From Escherichia coli (lineage in GTDB: Bacteria; Pseudomonadota; Gammaproteobacteria; Enterobacterales; Enterobacteriaceae): 64,000 nt of DNA. The DNA is taken from assembly GCF_016903815.1 (NCBI RefSeq), contig NZ_CP069973.1; one strand, written 5' to 3'. The position numbers and the translations under genes were made by a program. The notes under the pieces were generated by a model. The model was not told the origin of the DNA. It saw only the letters and a program-made list of their open reading frames with translations, and did no database searches. This document shows, in pieces, positions 1 to 10,475 of the stretch (positions within the stretch are counted from its first letter, which is position 1; each line of letters begins with the position of its first letter).

Positions 1-358
1 AATCAGGAAAAATGTCTGAAGGAAAAGCAAAACTTTTGAAACCCTGGTTAGTCGCAATCTCATTTGCAGCAATAGCAACATATCCAATCGGTGCCCGGCT
101 ACTAAAAAGTATAGTGCCTTTGGGCATTAGTTTTGCTGAACAAGAGGAATAGCCTAGTGTAGTTAAATCTCTGGCACCATGTGAGATATATTTCTCTTTA
201 TAACCGCTCAAATCGGCAGGCGTAAGCCAGGCGACTCCCTCACCCGAAGGTGCAAAATTTTCAGCGACTCCCGATTTTGGTGTCCCACCAGAGATGACAT
301 CAGCAATGTCGCCTATTTCAATCTGTTCCCACCCCTCCGGCAATTTCCCAGCACTCAT
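1..358 (-). CDS. hsdS: Type I restriction-modification specificity subunit HsdS, 5' part only (gene continues beyond the window start)
   Basis: Reverse-strand translation from the ATG at 358-356 reads MSAGKLPEGW..., the conserved HsdS N-terminus; start overlaps the hsdM stop (ATGA); no stop before the window edge, so absent from the ORF track. Confidence 0.75.
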   Translation of the reverse strand, partial: MSAGKLPEGWEQIEIGDIADVISGGTPKSGVAENFAPSGEGVAWLTPADLSGYKEKYISHGARDLTTLGYSSCSAKLMPKGTILFSSRAPIGYVAIAANEIATNQGFKSFAFPSDIFPD

Positions 359-1944
359 TCCTTCACCCCACCAAATGCTTCTTCCAGCAACTGGCGCTGC
401 GCATCCGCCTCATCGCTCGCCCCCAGTTCACGCATCAGCGCATCCAGTTCAGACAGCGCCTGTACCAGTTCACCCATCGCTTCTGCCGCTAATACATCCG
501 GCTCCGGCAGGTTGTCGGCATCAATACTGTCTTTATCTTTCAGCCAGGAGATATCCAGCGAATCGGATTTCGCGGTGCGGATCCACTCGCGGCTGAACTT
601 GCGCCAGCGGCTGGTAGCAAGATGCTGGTCGGTGTTTTTGTTCTCTTCGCTGTCGGCAATTTCCGTCTCTTCGGCGTTAAAACTCCATTCACCTTCAGTG
701 CGCGGGCTTAAGCCGTGCGGGTCTTCGCCAAACACGCGCTCAAACGGTTGCAAATGCTCGTCGGTAAACGGCGTGCGTTTACCAAAGCTCGGCATATTGG
801 TCCGCAGGTCGTACACCCACACGTCATCGGTGCAGTTCTTATCCTGATTCGGGTTCGCCACCGTCCCTTTGGTAAAGAACAGCACGTTGGTCTTCACGCC
901 CTGCGCGTAAAAAATACCGGTCGGCAGACGCAGAATAGTGTGCAGATGACACTTATCCATCAGGTCACGACGGATGTCCGTACCTTTGCCGCCTTCAAAC
1001 AGCACGTTATCCGGCACCACCACCGCCGCACGACCGCCGGGGTGCAGCGTTTCGATAATATGCTGCATAAAGCACAACTGTTTGTTGCTGGTCGGGTGAA
1101 CAAAGGTGCGGGTAATGTTGGTGCCTGCGGCGCTGCCAAACGGCGGGTTAGTGGCGACAATATGCGCCTTCGGCAGGTTTTCGCCGTCGCTGCCCAGGGT
1201 GTTGCCCAGACGGATTGCGCCGCCGTGGTCGAGGTTGCCTTCAATATCGTGCAGCAGGCAGTTCATCAGCGCCAGACGACGGGTGCCGGGCACCAGTTCG
1301 AGGCCGATAAACGCGCGGTGGATCTGGAAATCCTGCGTGTCGCCATCAAGGTCGTCCAGATCGTTAGTCTGCGACTTAACGTAGCGGTCGGCTTCAATCA
1401 AAAAGCCCGCCGTACCGGCTGCCGGATCCTGTACCACTTCACGTGGCTGCGGTTTCAGCAGATGAATAATGGTTTTAATCAGCGGACGCGGGGTGAAGTA
1501 CTGGCCCGCGCCAGACTTGGTTTCATTGGCGTTCTTCTGCAGCAGCCCTTCGTACATATCGCCGAAGTCATCGCGCGACTTACCGTGCGCACCGTTGTAC
1601 CAGTCCAGTGAATCCATATTGCTGACCAGTGCGGTTATTTGTTTCGGCTCGGTGATGGTGGTACTAACATTATGAAAAACTGCCTGTACCAGCTTTTTGT
1701 CATCTTCGCCTAAATGCACGAGCATTTTTCGGTAGAACTGCAACTGCTCCTGGCCGATGCGGGATTTCAGGTCATCCCAGCGGTAACCTTCCGGCAGGTA
1801 TTCCGCTTCCTGCCCGGTCTCTTTACACATTTTCAAAAACAGCAGCGAGGCGAGTTCATTGACGTAGTTTTGATAGGAAACGCCGCCATCGCGCAGGTTG
1901 TCGCACAGCTTCCACAGCTTCGCGACCAGATCGTTATTGTTCAT
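355..1944 (-). CDS. hsdM: Type I RM DNA methyltransferase subunit HsdM (529 aa)
   Basis: ORF track 529 aa; N-terminus MNNNDLVAKLWKLCDNLRDGG and NPPFG methyltransferase motif; length as recalled for E. coli HsdM. Confidence 0.93.
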   Translation of the reverse strand: MNNNDLVAKLWKLCDNLRDGGVSYQNYVNELASLLFLKMCKETGQEAEYLPEGYRWDDLKSRIGQEQLQFYRKMLVHLGEDDKKLVQAVFHNVSTTITEPKQITALVSNMDSLDWYNGAHGKSRDDFGDMYEGLLQKNANETKSGAGQYFTPRPLIKTIIHLLKPQPREVVQDPAAGTAGFLIEADRYVKSQTNDLDDLDGDTQDFQIHRAFIGLELVPGTRRLALMNCLLHDIEGNLDHGGAIRLGNTLGSDGENLPKAHIVATNPPFGSAAGTNITRTFVHPTSNKQLCFMQHIIETLHPGGRAAVVVPDNVLFEGGKGTDIRRDLMDKCHLHTILRLPTGIFYAQGVKTNVLFFTKGTVANPNQDKNCTDDVWVYDLRTNMPSFGKRTPFTDEHLQPFERVFGEDPHGLSPRTEGEWSFNAEETEIADSEENKNTDQHLATSRWRKFSREWIRTAKSDSLDISWLKDKDSIDADNLPEPDVLAAEAMGELVQALSELDALMRELGASDEADAQRQLLEEAFGGVKE

Positions 1945-2145
1945 TGTGAGTTCCGTAAATTAAACAACGGCCCGCATTGTTTGGGGCCGCAGAAGAAGAA
2001 ATTGCCGAGGGTAATATACACAAAATCATTCAGGTTGCATCAAGGCGGCAAGTGAGTGAATCCCCGGGAGCGTACAGAAGTACGTGACCGGGGTGAACGA
2101 GCGCAGCCAACGCAGAGGCAGCCTGAAGGATGAAGTGTATACGTG

Positions 2146-5100
2146 TCAGGCCAGCTCGTCCCAGATATAATCGCTGAATTTATCAAGCAGGTTGTCGAGA
2201 TTATCGTCAAAGGTTCTTTGTAGCATCGCCTTACCGCCGCGGCGGTGGAAGTTGCCGGTTTTGAAGACATCGTCGTCGAGCACCACTTTCTCTTTCAGCG
2301 CCTGCGCTAAACGATCGAGCCAGCTTAATTGCTCGCTGCTCCAGTCGTTTTCACCCTTAATGCGCGTCAGCGCGTGATCGACACGTTCCTCAAACGGTTT
2401 CAGCGCATCGCCCACCGCAGCGCGGCGAATATGACCAATCAGCCGGGCGGCGATATCTTCATTGCGCGTCTCTTTCCATGCTTTGCGCAGGGAAGATTCC
2501 TCAAAATGCTGGCGGTCAAACCACTCCTGGAGCTCGACCAGCCCTTTACGGGTGAGATCGCGCGGGCGATTGATCACCGCCTGCAATGCCGGCTGCGCGT
2601 TCGGGGAACGTTGCACCAGCGAGTCAAAGGCTTCGAGGAAATCCTGCGGCGTGTCGTAATCACCGTACAGCGATTTTACACTCACCACTTCATCGTCGAT
2701 ATCGAGGAAGATCGGCGCATCATTCAGGTTGTTGATGTCCGTTTTCAGCTTTTCCAGACGGGCGATAAAGCCAGGCAGTTTGTTAAAGACTTCGGCGCTC
2801 CAGTGCGGCCCTTTTTCCCGCAGGCGCGAGGCGAAGCCGTTAAAGTTCACGCCCGCCGCGTCCTGGCATAGCTCATCCAGACGACGCACCTGTTTATCTA
2901 TCGTTTCGCTGCGGTCACGGTTAAACGTGGCCAGGCCGATGATGCGCTGGAGCTTCGCCACCAATTGTTCATGGCTGTGCTCGGCAAAGCTACGGCCATC
3001 CGCTTCGGTGATTTTATAGGTTTCTGAATCGGTAATTTCATTGACCAGCGTTTGCAGTTCCACCTTCGGACGCACCACCACCGGACGCATGGTGTCGACG
3101 CTCTCCAGCGTGCTGTAGATATCGACACAGTCGAAAATCTTAAAGCTGGTTTTATTCACGTCCGGGCATAAGCGCGTGGCGCGGCCTTTCATCTGCTCGT
3201 ACAGAATACGGCTGCGTACTTTACGCAGGAACACGATATTACAGATCGACGGAATATCGACGCCGGTTGTCAGCAGGTCGACGGTTACCACGATATTGGG
3301 CAGCCGCTCTTTATTGAAGCGGGTGATCATGGTCTGCACTTTGCGCGCGTCTTTATCGGCATCACCGGTGATCTTGATGATCGCGTCGTGCTCCAGTTGC
3401 GGATACTTTTTCTTGAACGCGGTACGCAACTCTTCCACCACCATATCGGCATGGGCATTGGTAACGCAGAAGACCAGCGTTTTTTGCGACCCGGTCGGGT
3501 CAAGGTAGTTGGTGAGCTCGTTACAGACGGCGCGGTTAAACGCCGGGATCACCAGGCCACGGTTAAAGTCGGCGACCTCAAAATCCTGATCGTCTTCCAG
3601 GGTATCGTTGATCACTTCTCCCTGCGGGCTGATGCGCTCTACCTGTTCGCCCTTGGAGAGATAAACCCCCTCCTGGGCGTTGCGGGTGATGATCTGAATC
3701 GGCGGATCCTGGTCGATCAGAAAACCGTCGATAACCGCGGTACGGTAGGTATAACGGTAAACCGGCTCGCCGAAAATCTGCACCGTATGCAGCGCCGGGG
3801 TGGCGGTGAGGGCGATTTTTACCGCATCGAAGTGATCGAGAATGCGACGGTAGGCAGAAACGTAATCCAGCTGGCTGCGGAACTGCAGCTCGCCTTCGGT
3901 CTGCTCTTTATCGAGAATATAGCCGCGATGCGCTTCATCGACGACGATACAGTCGTAACGGGCCACCGGCATCGGTTCATCTGATTGTAGGGTGCGTTTC
4001 ACCAGCGACTGTACGGTGGCAACGTGAATTTTGGTGCTGTCTTCGGGGAATTTATCCGTCAGCCCTTTAATGTCGAAAATGCTGTTGAAGGTGTCGCCGT
4101 TAATACGCGTATCTTCAAACGCCCCCAGTGCCTGCTCGCCAAGAGAACGGCGATCGACAAGGAAGAGAATGCGTTTAAAACGCTGGGACTGGATCAGGCG
4201 GAACATCATGGCAATTGCGGTGCGGGTTTTACCGGTACCGGTCGCCATCGCCAGCAGGATCTCTTGTTGACCCTTGACGATTGCCTTTTCCACCGCGCGG
4301 ACGGCATCTTCCTGGTAATAACGCAGGCCCAGCTCGCTCATGCCCGGGTTATCGGCAAACCACTGATTCTGTTTTTGCGGTTCGCTGCCGAGCATTTCCA
4401 GCAGCTCTTCCGGGCGATGCCACTCGGGTAAGGCTTTCGACATATTGCGGGTATCACGCACGTCGCGATACCAGATGCCACTTTTAGTCTTCATTGCTGC
4501 GCGATATTCGCGCCCGTTGGTGGAGTAGCAGAAGGGGATTTTAAACCGTTGTTGGCCGCTGGTGTCCTGCCAGCTAGTTTCATACTCCGGCACAGCTTCA
4601 TGCACTTCATCCGGTGAGTAATGCTCAAGCAAGGTTTCCCGCAGGAAGCCATTATCGAAGCATTTGCTGTAGCGATACGACTCATTGAGCTTGCCGGGAA
4701 CGTCGATATTTTTACGTTTCGCCTCTACCACCGCGATGGGCTTGAGGCCGACAAACAGCACATAATCCGCAAAGCCCTGATTACCCGTTTCATCTTTCCC
4801 GGTCGGCCATTCGGCAATGGCTTTATTGACGCCGGGTTCCGGGCGTGCGCCTTTGGAGAAGCGCAGGGTTTTGCTATCGGCCTGCCAGCCTGCTTTACGC
4901 AGTTGCGCGTCAATCAGGAAGCGACTCTCTTCTTCGCTAAGGTTGAGTGTGCGCTTGATGGCCTGATCGGTAATTTCTTTGTGGTAAGCCTTACGTTCCT
5001 GTTCGGTCTGTTTGGCCAGCTCCGCGTTCTTCTCGGCGAGCTGTGCTTCCAGCGCCGCAAGGCGAGCCTGGGTTTGCGCTTCTGTTTCCTGCTGTTTGCC

Positions 5101-5658
5101 TTCCAGAATGGCGATATAGCCGTTCAGGGCAACCAGCTTCTGCTGTTGCGCTTCGACTTCTGCCTGAGTCTGCGCTTTTTCTCGCGCCTGCTGTTCAAGC
5201 TGTTGTTTTAGCGTCAGCACTTCCTGGTGATAGAGGTTTTCGCCACGTTCCGGCAACACAAATACCGGCACCGGGAAGTCATAATCTTTGGTGACCAGAC
5301 GGTAGTACCAGACAGCCAGGCGGAACCCGAGTCGCAGGCACATCTGGGCATCGTCGAGATCGTTATGGTATTCGTGCACCGCCTGGTTACCAATGCGGCG
5401 TAATTTGTGGAATACAGAGAGAATGTTGTCATCAACGAAGGCGATTTTGCCGAGTTCGCGCAGGAGATCGTGTTGATTCTCACAAGGGGGGATGTTGAGT
5501 AACAGACCAAGATGTTTCGCTGTAGCTTCGCCAAACATACGCATTTTAATCAGCGTCGTGTTGGGATCATCCGGGTAGTTATTTTCCGCCGCACAGGCGA
5601 TGGCATAAGTGAAGTCGTTGACGCCCTTCAGGAATTCGAAGTTGGATTTATTCATCAT
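2146..5658 (-). CDS. hsdR: Type I RM restriction endonuclease/helicase subunit HsdR (1170 aa)
   Basis: ORF track 1170 aa; Walker A (MATGTGKT) and DEAH-like (VVDEAH) helicase motifs; sits upstream of hsdM-hsdS on the same strand. Confidence 0.93.
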   Translation of the reverse strand: MMNKSNFEFLKGVNDFTYAIACAAENNYPDDPNTTLIKMRMFGEATAKHLGLLLNIPPCENQHDLLRELGKIAFVDDNILSVFHKLRRIGNQAVHEYHNDLDDAQMCLRLGFRLAVWYYRLVTKDYDFPVPVFVLPERGENLYHQEVLTLKQQLEQQAREKAQTQAEVEAQQQKLVALNGYIAILEGKQQETEAQTQARLAALEAQLAEKNAELAKQTEQERKAYHKEITDQAIKRTLNLSEEESRFLIDAQLRKAGWQADSKTLRFSKGARPEPGVNKAIAEWPTGKDETGNQGFADYVLFVGLKPIAVVEAKRKNIDVPGKLNESYRYSKCFDNGFLRETLLEHYSPDEVHEAVPEYETSWQDTSGQQRFKIPFCYSTNGREYRAAMKTKSGIWYRDVRDTRNMSKALPEWHRPEELLEMLGSEPQKQNQWFADNPGMSELGLRYYQEDAVRAVEKAIVKGQQEILLAMATGTGKTRTAIAMMFRLIQSQRFKRILFLVDRRSLGEQALGAFEDTRINGDTFNSIFDIKGLTDKFPEDSTKIHVATVQSLVKRTLQSDEPMPVARYDCIVVDEAHRGYILDKEQTEGELQFRSQLDYVSAYRRILDHFDAVKIALTATPALHTVQIFGEPVYRYTYRTAVIDGFLIDQDPPIQIITRNAQEGVYLSKGEQVERISPQGEVINDTLEDDQDFEVADFNRGLVIPAFNRAVCNELTNYLDPTGSQKTLVFCVTNAHADMVVEELRTAFKKKYPQLEHDAIIKITGDADKDARKVQTMITRFNKERLPNIVVTVDLLTTGVDIPSICNIVFLRKVRSRILYEQMKGRATRLCPDVNKTSFKIFDCVDIYSTLESVDTMRPVVVRPKVELQTLVNEITDSETYKITEADGRSFAEHSHEQLVAKLQRIIGLATFNRDRSETIDKQVRRLDELCQDAAGVNFNGFASRLREKGPHWSAEVFNKLPGFIARLEKLKTDINNLNDAPIFLDIDDEVVSVKSLYGDYDTPQDFLEAFDSLVQRSPNAQPALQAVINRPRDLTRKGLVELQEWFDRQHFEESSLRKAWKETRNEDIAARLIGHIRRAAVGDALKPFEERVDHALTRIKGENDWSSEQLSWLDRLAQALKEKVVLDDDVFKTGNFHRRGGKAMLQRTFDDNLDNLLDKFSDYIWDELA

Positions 5659-5845
5659 TGTTATTAATCCATTGCTGTGTGGGCCTGTCCAAATATTTAA
5701 GGCCCATAACGCCCTATCTTAGCTTTCTGTACCTTTCCGGGCAATGACCGGAGTCACAGCAACTGACTCATTTCTAACGTGTTCGTCTATTTTGGTAGTG
5801 TTATAGTAGCCGAAAAACATCTACCTGATTCTGCAAGGATGTACT

Positions 5846-6760
5846 ATGACGGTTCCTACCTATGACAAATTTATTGAACCTGTTCTGCGTTATCTGGCAA
5901 CAAAACCGGAAGGTGCAGCCGCGCGTGATGTTCATGAGGCTGCCGCGGATGCATTAGGACTGGATGACAGCCAGCGATCGAAAGTCATTACCAGCGGACA
6001 ACTTGTTTATAAAAATCGTGCAGGCTGGGCACATGACCGTTTAAAACGTGCCGGGTTGTCGCAAAGTTTGTCGCGTGGCAAATGGTGCCTGACTCCTGCG
6101 GGTTTTGACTGGGTTGCGTCTCATCCCCAGCCAATGACGGAGCAGGAGATGAACCATCTGGCCTTCAATTTTGTGAATGTCAAACTTAAGTCACGGCCGG
6201 ATGCCGTCGATTTAGATCCGAAAGCCGACTCTCCCGATCATGAAGAACTTGCAAAGAGCAGCCCGGACGATCGGTTAGATCAGGCGCTAAAAGAGCTTCG
6301 TGATGCGGTGGCTGATGAGGTTCTGGAAAACTTATTGCAGGTTTCTCCTTCGCGCTTTGAAGTCATTGTTCTGGATGTTTTGCATCGCCTGGGGTATGGC
6401 GGCCACCGTGATGATTTGCAGCGTGTTGGCGGTACTGGAGATGGTGGCATCGATGGTGTGATATCGCTTGATAAACTTGGCCTGGAGAAAGTTTATGTTC
6501 AGGCAAAACGTTGGCAGAATACTGTAGGCAGGCCAGAATTACAGGCATTTTACGGCGCACTGGCTGGGCAAAAAGCGAAACGTGGGGTGTTTATTACCAC
6601 TTCTGGATTTACTTCTCAGGCGCGTGACTTTGCCCAATCCGTCGAGGGTATGGTGTTGGTTGATGGGGAACGCCTGGTGCACTTAATGATCGAAAACGAA
6701 GTAGGGGTTTCTTCACGTTTGTTGAAGGTGCCGAAACTGGATATGGATTATTTTGAGTGA
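5846..6760 (+). CDS. mrr: Mrr type IV methylation-dependent restriction endonuclease (304 aa)
   Basis: ORF track 304 aa beginning MTVPTYDKFIEPVLRYL; divergent from hsdR as in the E. coli immigration-control region. Confidence 0.88.
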   Translation: MTVPTYDKFIEPVLRYLATKPEGAAARDVHEAAADALGLDDSQRSKVITSGQLVYKNRAGWAHDRLKRAGLSQSLSRGKWCLTPAGFDWVASHPQPMTEQEMNHLAFNFVNVKLKSRPDAVDLDPKADSPDHEELAKSSPDDRLDQALKELRDAVADEVLENLLQVSPSRFEVIVLDVLHRLGYGGHRDDLQRVGGTGDGGIDGVISLDKLGLEKVYVQAKRWQNTVGRPELQAFYGALAGQKAKRGVFITTSGFTSQARDFAQSVEGMVLVDGERLVHLMIENEVGVSSRLLKVPKLDMDYFE

Positions 6761-6765
6761 AATAT

Positions 6766-6796
6766 CAGGCCGGATGCGGCTGCGCCTTATCCGGCC
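6766..6796. repeat. REP (repetitive extragenic palindrome) between convergent mrr and yjiA
   Basis: Sequence aggccggatgcggctgcgccttatccggccc has the gccggatgcg / ccttatccggc REP signature. Confidence 0.6.
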
Positions 6797-6805
6797 CATA
6801 ACCCC

Positions 6806-7762
6806 TTACTTCCTCAACCCCGCAAACGCCGCCCGAATCTCATCCTCCGGCAGCTGAATCCCGATAAACACCATCGTGCTATGCGGTTTTTCATCGCCCC
6901 ACGGCCTGTCCCAGTCGGCGCTGTAGAGGCGCTGGACGCCCTGGAACAGCAGGCGGTTAGGTTCGCCGTCAATCCACAGCATCCCTTTGTAACGCAGCAG
7001 TTTATCTGCCGATTCCAGCAGCAGGTTTTCCATCACGCGGGAAACTTCGCTGATATCTACCGGGTAATCCAGTTCCACCACAATCGACGAAATATCGTTT
7101 TGTTTGTCCGCGATAAAGTGAAAACGTGGCTTGGTGCTGACGACGTTTTCTTCCAGCATAAAACCGTTGGTGTTGAACAACAGGCCCAGGTCGATGTCGC
7201 CGTGGGTGACGGTGTAGACCGGTGCACGGGCGTTGATGCGCGCCAGGCGTTCACGCAGTTTTTCTGCTTCGCCTGCGACGTCGGTTTTAGTCAGCAGAAT
7301 ACGGTCGGCGTAGCCAACCTGGGACTGGGCGATGGTGAACTGGTTCATCTGCTCATCGGCATGTACCGCATCCACCAGCGCAATCACGCCATCCAGCAGG
7401 TAACGCTGGCATAAAATCTCATGGGAGAAAAAGGTCTGAATAATCGGGCCGGGATCGGCCATGCCGGTGCATTCAATGACCAGACGGTCGAACTGAATAT
7501 TGCCCTTGTCGAGATTATCCAGCAGGTCGAGTAGGGCGTCTTCCAGCTCGTTGGAGCGCGAACAGCAGATGCAGCCGTTGGTCAGCGTTTTGATCTGCGT
7601 GGCGCGGTCGCCAATCAGTTGATCATCAACGGAGACTTCGCCGAATTCGTTTTCAATCACGGCAATCTTGTAGCCGTGTTGTTCGTTAAGAATATGGCGC
7701 AGCAGGGTGGTTTTTCCTGCGCCTAAAAAACCGGTGAGTAGGGTAACTGCAATCGGGTTCAT
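6806..7762 (-). CDS. yjiA: CobW/HypB-family P-loop GTPase YjiA (about 318 aa)
   Basis: ORF track 346 aa; the internal Met giving MNPIAVTLLTGFLGAGKTTLL (Walker A) matches the recalled YjiA length; upstream extension is probably not translated. Confidence 0.8.
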   Translation of the reverse strand: MNPIAVTLLTGFLGAGKTTLLRHILNEQHGYKIAVIENEFGEVSVDDQLIGDRATQIKTLTNGCICCSRSNELEDALLDLLDNLDKGNIQFDRLVIECTGMADPGPIIQTFFSHEILCQRYLLDGVIALVDAVHADEQMNQFTIAQSQVGYADRILLTKTDVAGEAEKLRERLARINARAPVYTVTHGDIDLGLLFNTNGFMLEENVVSTKPRFHFIADKQNDISSIVVELDYPVDISEVSRVMENLLLESADKLLRYKGMLWIDGEPNRLLFQGVQRLYSADWDRPWGDEKPHSTMVFIGIQLPEDEIRAAFAGLRK

Positions 7763-7772
7763 GCTCTCTCCA

Positions 7773-7976
7773 TTAACAACAGCGCATACCGCCTTTACCA
7801 TCGCCGCCGTAGCGCGCGTTCTGGCGTTCGCGGAAGAATTCTTCATAGCTCATGTACGGCTTGTCGGGATGGTTGGTCTTCATATGCTCGACGTAGTTGT
7901 CGTAGTCTGGAATGCCAATCAACATCTTCGCCGCCTGGCCGAGATATTTTTTTGCCTGTCCTAAGTTACCAAACAT
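7773..7976 (-). CDS. yjiX: YjiX, DUF466 small protein, partner of the BtsT transporter (67 aa)
   Basis: ORF track 67 aa [31 protein letters not shown]...; immediately downstream of btsT, the same arrangement as cstA-ybdD. Confidence 0.8.
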
Positions 7977-8019
7977 TTTGCCTTCCAGATATGCGTAAAG
8001 CCCGGAAGGTCCGGGCTGG

Positions 8020-8093
<74 letters not shown>

Positions 8094-10244
8094 TTAGTGG
8101 TGCGAAGAGATCTTCACGCCGCCTTCCGGGATTGGAACGTACGGTGTTTCTTTGTCAGTACGTTTGTCGCTGTTACGCACCTTCAGCCAGGTTTTGAAAC
8201 CGTAGAAGATGATGCTGTACACCACAATCAGGAACAGAATACTCAGGCCTGCGTTGGTGTAGTTGTTCACAACGATGTGGTTCATGTTGGCAATCTGCTG
8301 CGCCGTCAGGTCAGTACCGTTAGCAATCTTCTCTTTGTACTGGCTCGCCATGTAGAAGAAGCCTTCCATCTGCGGGTTGGTGCTGAACAGTTTCAGGCCC
8401 AGCGCCCAGGTGGTGCAGATAAGCAGCCATACTGCCGGGATAACGGTAACCCAGATGTATTGGGTGCGCTTCATCTTAATCAGTACAACGGTGCCCAGTA
8501 CCAGCGCCACGGCTGCCAGCATCTGGTTGGAGATACCGAACAGCGGCCACAGGCTCTTAACGCCGCCCAGCGGATCGACCACGCCCTGATACAGCAGGTA
8601 GCCCCACAGACCCACACAGCCCGCAGTACCGATGATACCGGCAACCAGAGAGTCGGTTTTTTTCAGGAACGGGATGAAGTTACCCAGCAGGTCTTGCAGC
8701 ATAAAGCGGCCAGAACGGGTACCCGCATCCAGCGCGGTCAGGATGAACAGGGCTTCGAACAGAATACCGAAGTGATACCAGAAGCCCATGTCAGCCATCG
8801 GCAGCACTTTGTGGAACACGTGAGCGATACCTACCGCCAGCGTTGGCGCACCACCTGCACGGTTCAGGACAGAAGGCTCACCAATGTCTTTCGCGGTTTG
8901 CAGGATCTGCTCTGGCGAAATCACGAAGCCCCAGGAGCTGACGGTCGCTGCCGCGTGTGCGGTAACGTCTTTCAGCTGTGCCATGATGATCGGCGCGTTC
9001 TCGCCACCCATTTCATGCAGGTTAGGCATGGTGATGCCGAGGCCAGCAGGCGGGGTGTTCATCGCGAAGTAAAGACCCGGTTCGATGATGGACGCAGCAA
9101 CCAGCGCCATAATCGCCACGAAGGACTCCATCAGCATTGCGCCGTAGCCGATGAAACGCGCGTCGGTTTCATTAGCCAGCAGTTTCGGCGTCGTACCGGA
9201 AGAGATCAGCGCGTGGAAGCCAGATACCGCACCACAGGCGATGGTGATGAACAGGAACGGGAACAGAGCGCCTTTCCACAGCGGGCCAGTACCGTCAATG
9301 TACTGGGTCATGGCAGGCATTTTCAGTTCCGGGTTCAGCACCACGATACCCAGCGCCAGGCCGACGATAACGCCGATTTTCAGGAAGGTTGCCAGATAGT
9401 CGCGCGGTGCGAGGATCAGCCACACTGGCAGCAGTGCGGAAACAAACGCATAGCCAATCAGCGCGAAAGTAATGGTGGTATCTTTAAAGGTCAGTGCCGG
9501 ACCCCAGTACGGATCGTGAGCAATCACGCCACCGAAGTAGATAGAGGCAACCAGCAGCACGATACCAATGACAGAGACTTCACCCACACGCCCCGGACGA
9601 ATAAAGCGCATGTAGATACCCATAAACAGCGCAATCGGTACGGTTGAGCAAACGGTGAAGACCCCCCACGGACTTTCGGCCAGGGCTTTAACCACAATCA
9701 GTGCCAGAACGGCGAGGATGATGATCATGATTAAGAAACAGCCAAACAGCGCGATAGTCCCCGGTACTGGTCCCATCTCTTCTTTGATCATCTCACCAAG
9801 AGATGCGCCGTTACGGCGAGAGGAGATAAACAGCACCATAAAGTCCTGAACCGCACCGGCCAGCACGACCCCCGCCAGCAGCCACAGCGTGCCAGGCAGG
9901 TAGCCCATCTGCGCGGCGAGAACCGGACCCACCAGCGGACCAGCACCGGCGATAGCGGCGAAGTGGTGACCAAACAACACGTAACGGTTGGTCGGAACGT
10001 AGTTCAGACCGTCGTTGTTAATAACCGCAGGCGTCGCGCGCGTGGGGTCGAGTTTCATCACCTTCTGGGCGATGTACAGACTGTAGTAGCGATACGCCAC
10101 CAGATACACCGACACAGAGGCGACCACGATCCACAGGGCGCTGACGTGCTCCCCCCGACGTAATGCAACTACCGCGAGGCAGAATGCACCGATGATTCCG
10201 AGAATCACCCAGGGTATGTGCTTGAATATCTTTTTAGTATCCAT
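8094..10244 (-). CDS. btsT: CstA-family pyruvate/H+ symporter BtsT (YjiY), about 716 aa
   Basis: ORF track 721 aa; start set to the internal Met (MDTKKIFKHIPWVILG) to match the recalled length; multi-pass membrane protein. Confidence 0.85.
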   Translation of the reverse strand: MDTKKIFKHIPWVILGIIGAFCLAVVALRRGEHVSALWIVVASVSVYLVAYRYYSLYIAQKVMKLDPTRATPAVINNDGLNYVPTNRYVLFGHHFAAIAGAGPLVGPVLAAQMGYLPGTLWLLAGVVLAGAVQDFMVLFISSRRNGASLGEMIKEEMGPVPGTIALFGCFLIMIIILAVLALIVVKALAESPWGVFTVCSTVPIALFMGIYMRFIRPGRVGEVSVIGIVLLVASIYFGGVIAHDPYWGPALTFKDTTITFALIGYAFVSALLPVWLILAPRDYLATFLKIGVIVGLALGIVVLNPELKMPAMTQYIDGTGPLWKGALFPFLFITIACGAVSGFHALISSGTTPKLLANETDARFIGYGAMLMESFVAIMALVAASIIEPGLYFAMNTPPAGLGITMPNLHEMGGENAPIIMAQLKDVTAHAAATVSSWGFVISPEQILQTAKDIGEPSVLNRAGGAPTLAVGIAHVFHKVLPMADMGFWYHFGILFEALFILTALDAGTRSGRFMLQDLLGNFIPFLKKTDSLVAGIIGTAGCVGLWGYLLYQGVVDPLGGVKSLWPLFGISNQMLAAVALVLGTVVLIKMKRTQYIWVTVIPAVWLLICTTWALGLKLFSTNPQMEGFFYMASQYKEKIANGTDLTAQQIANMNHIVVNNYTNAGLSILFLIVVYSIIFYGFKTWLKVRNSDKRTDKETPYVPIPEGGVKISSHH

Positions 10245-10453
10245 AGTAAAACCTGGCATGTATTGATTAATAGTTGGCCGAAGCCGTTCTAGGTTTGCGT
10301 TGCGTTTGAGGAGGTAAATTGACCGCTATCCTGCAGTGATGTTGCCAGAGTTACGCGCGCGTAAAGTAAGGTAAATAACTGAGTGGTTATTTTAGGGACG
10401 TAAGCGGTCAGGAATGGCGGTGAGCGGCAAAGGCGTCGTTTAAGTGACCATAA

Positions 10454-10475
10454 ATATGTGATTTATATCACATAT
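10454..10475. promoter_or_regulatory. Near-consensus CRP binding site in the btsT/tsr divergent intergenic region
   Basis: atatgtgatttatatcacatat contains TGTGA-N6-TCACA and matches the 22-bp CRP consensus AAATGTGATCTAGATCACATTT at most positions. Confidence 0.6.

Noticed and set aside
294-1611. ORFs of 100-298 aa on the strand opposite hsdM (294..596, 512..847, 715..1611)
   Set aside because: They lie entirely within and antisense to the well-supported hsdM frame, are low-complexity (Pro/Arg/Ala/Val-rich) and have no recognisable domain; typical antisense artefacts of a GC-rich gene
2329-5211. Several 100-200 aa ORFs antisense to hsdR
   Set aside because: All are embedded in the 1170-aa hsdR frame, lack domains, and have no start context
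5659-5845. Inverted repeat gggcctgtccaaatatttaaggccc in the hsdR/mrr divergent region
   Set aside because: Position upstream of both genes argues against a terminator; could be a promoter-region hairpin but I cannot tie it to any known site, so left unannotated
8097-9647. 516-aa ORF antisense to btsT
   Set aside because: Arg/His/Gln/Asp-rich composition without motifs, fully overlapped by the BtsT frame on the other strand; a frame left open by codon bias, not a gene
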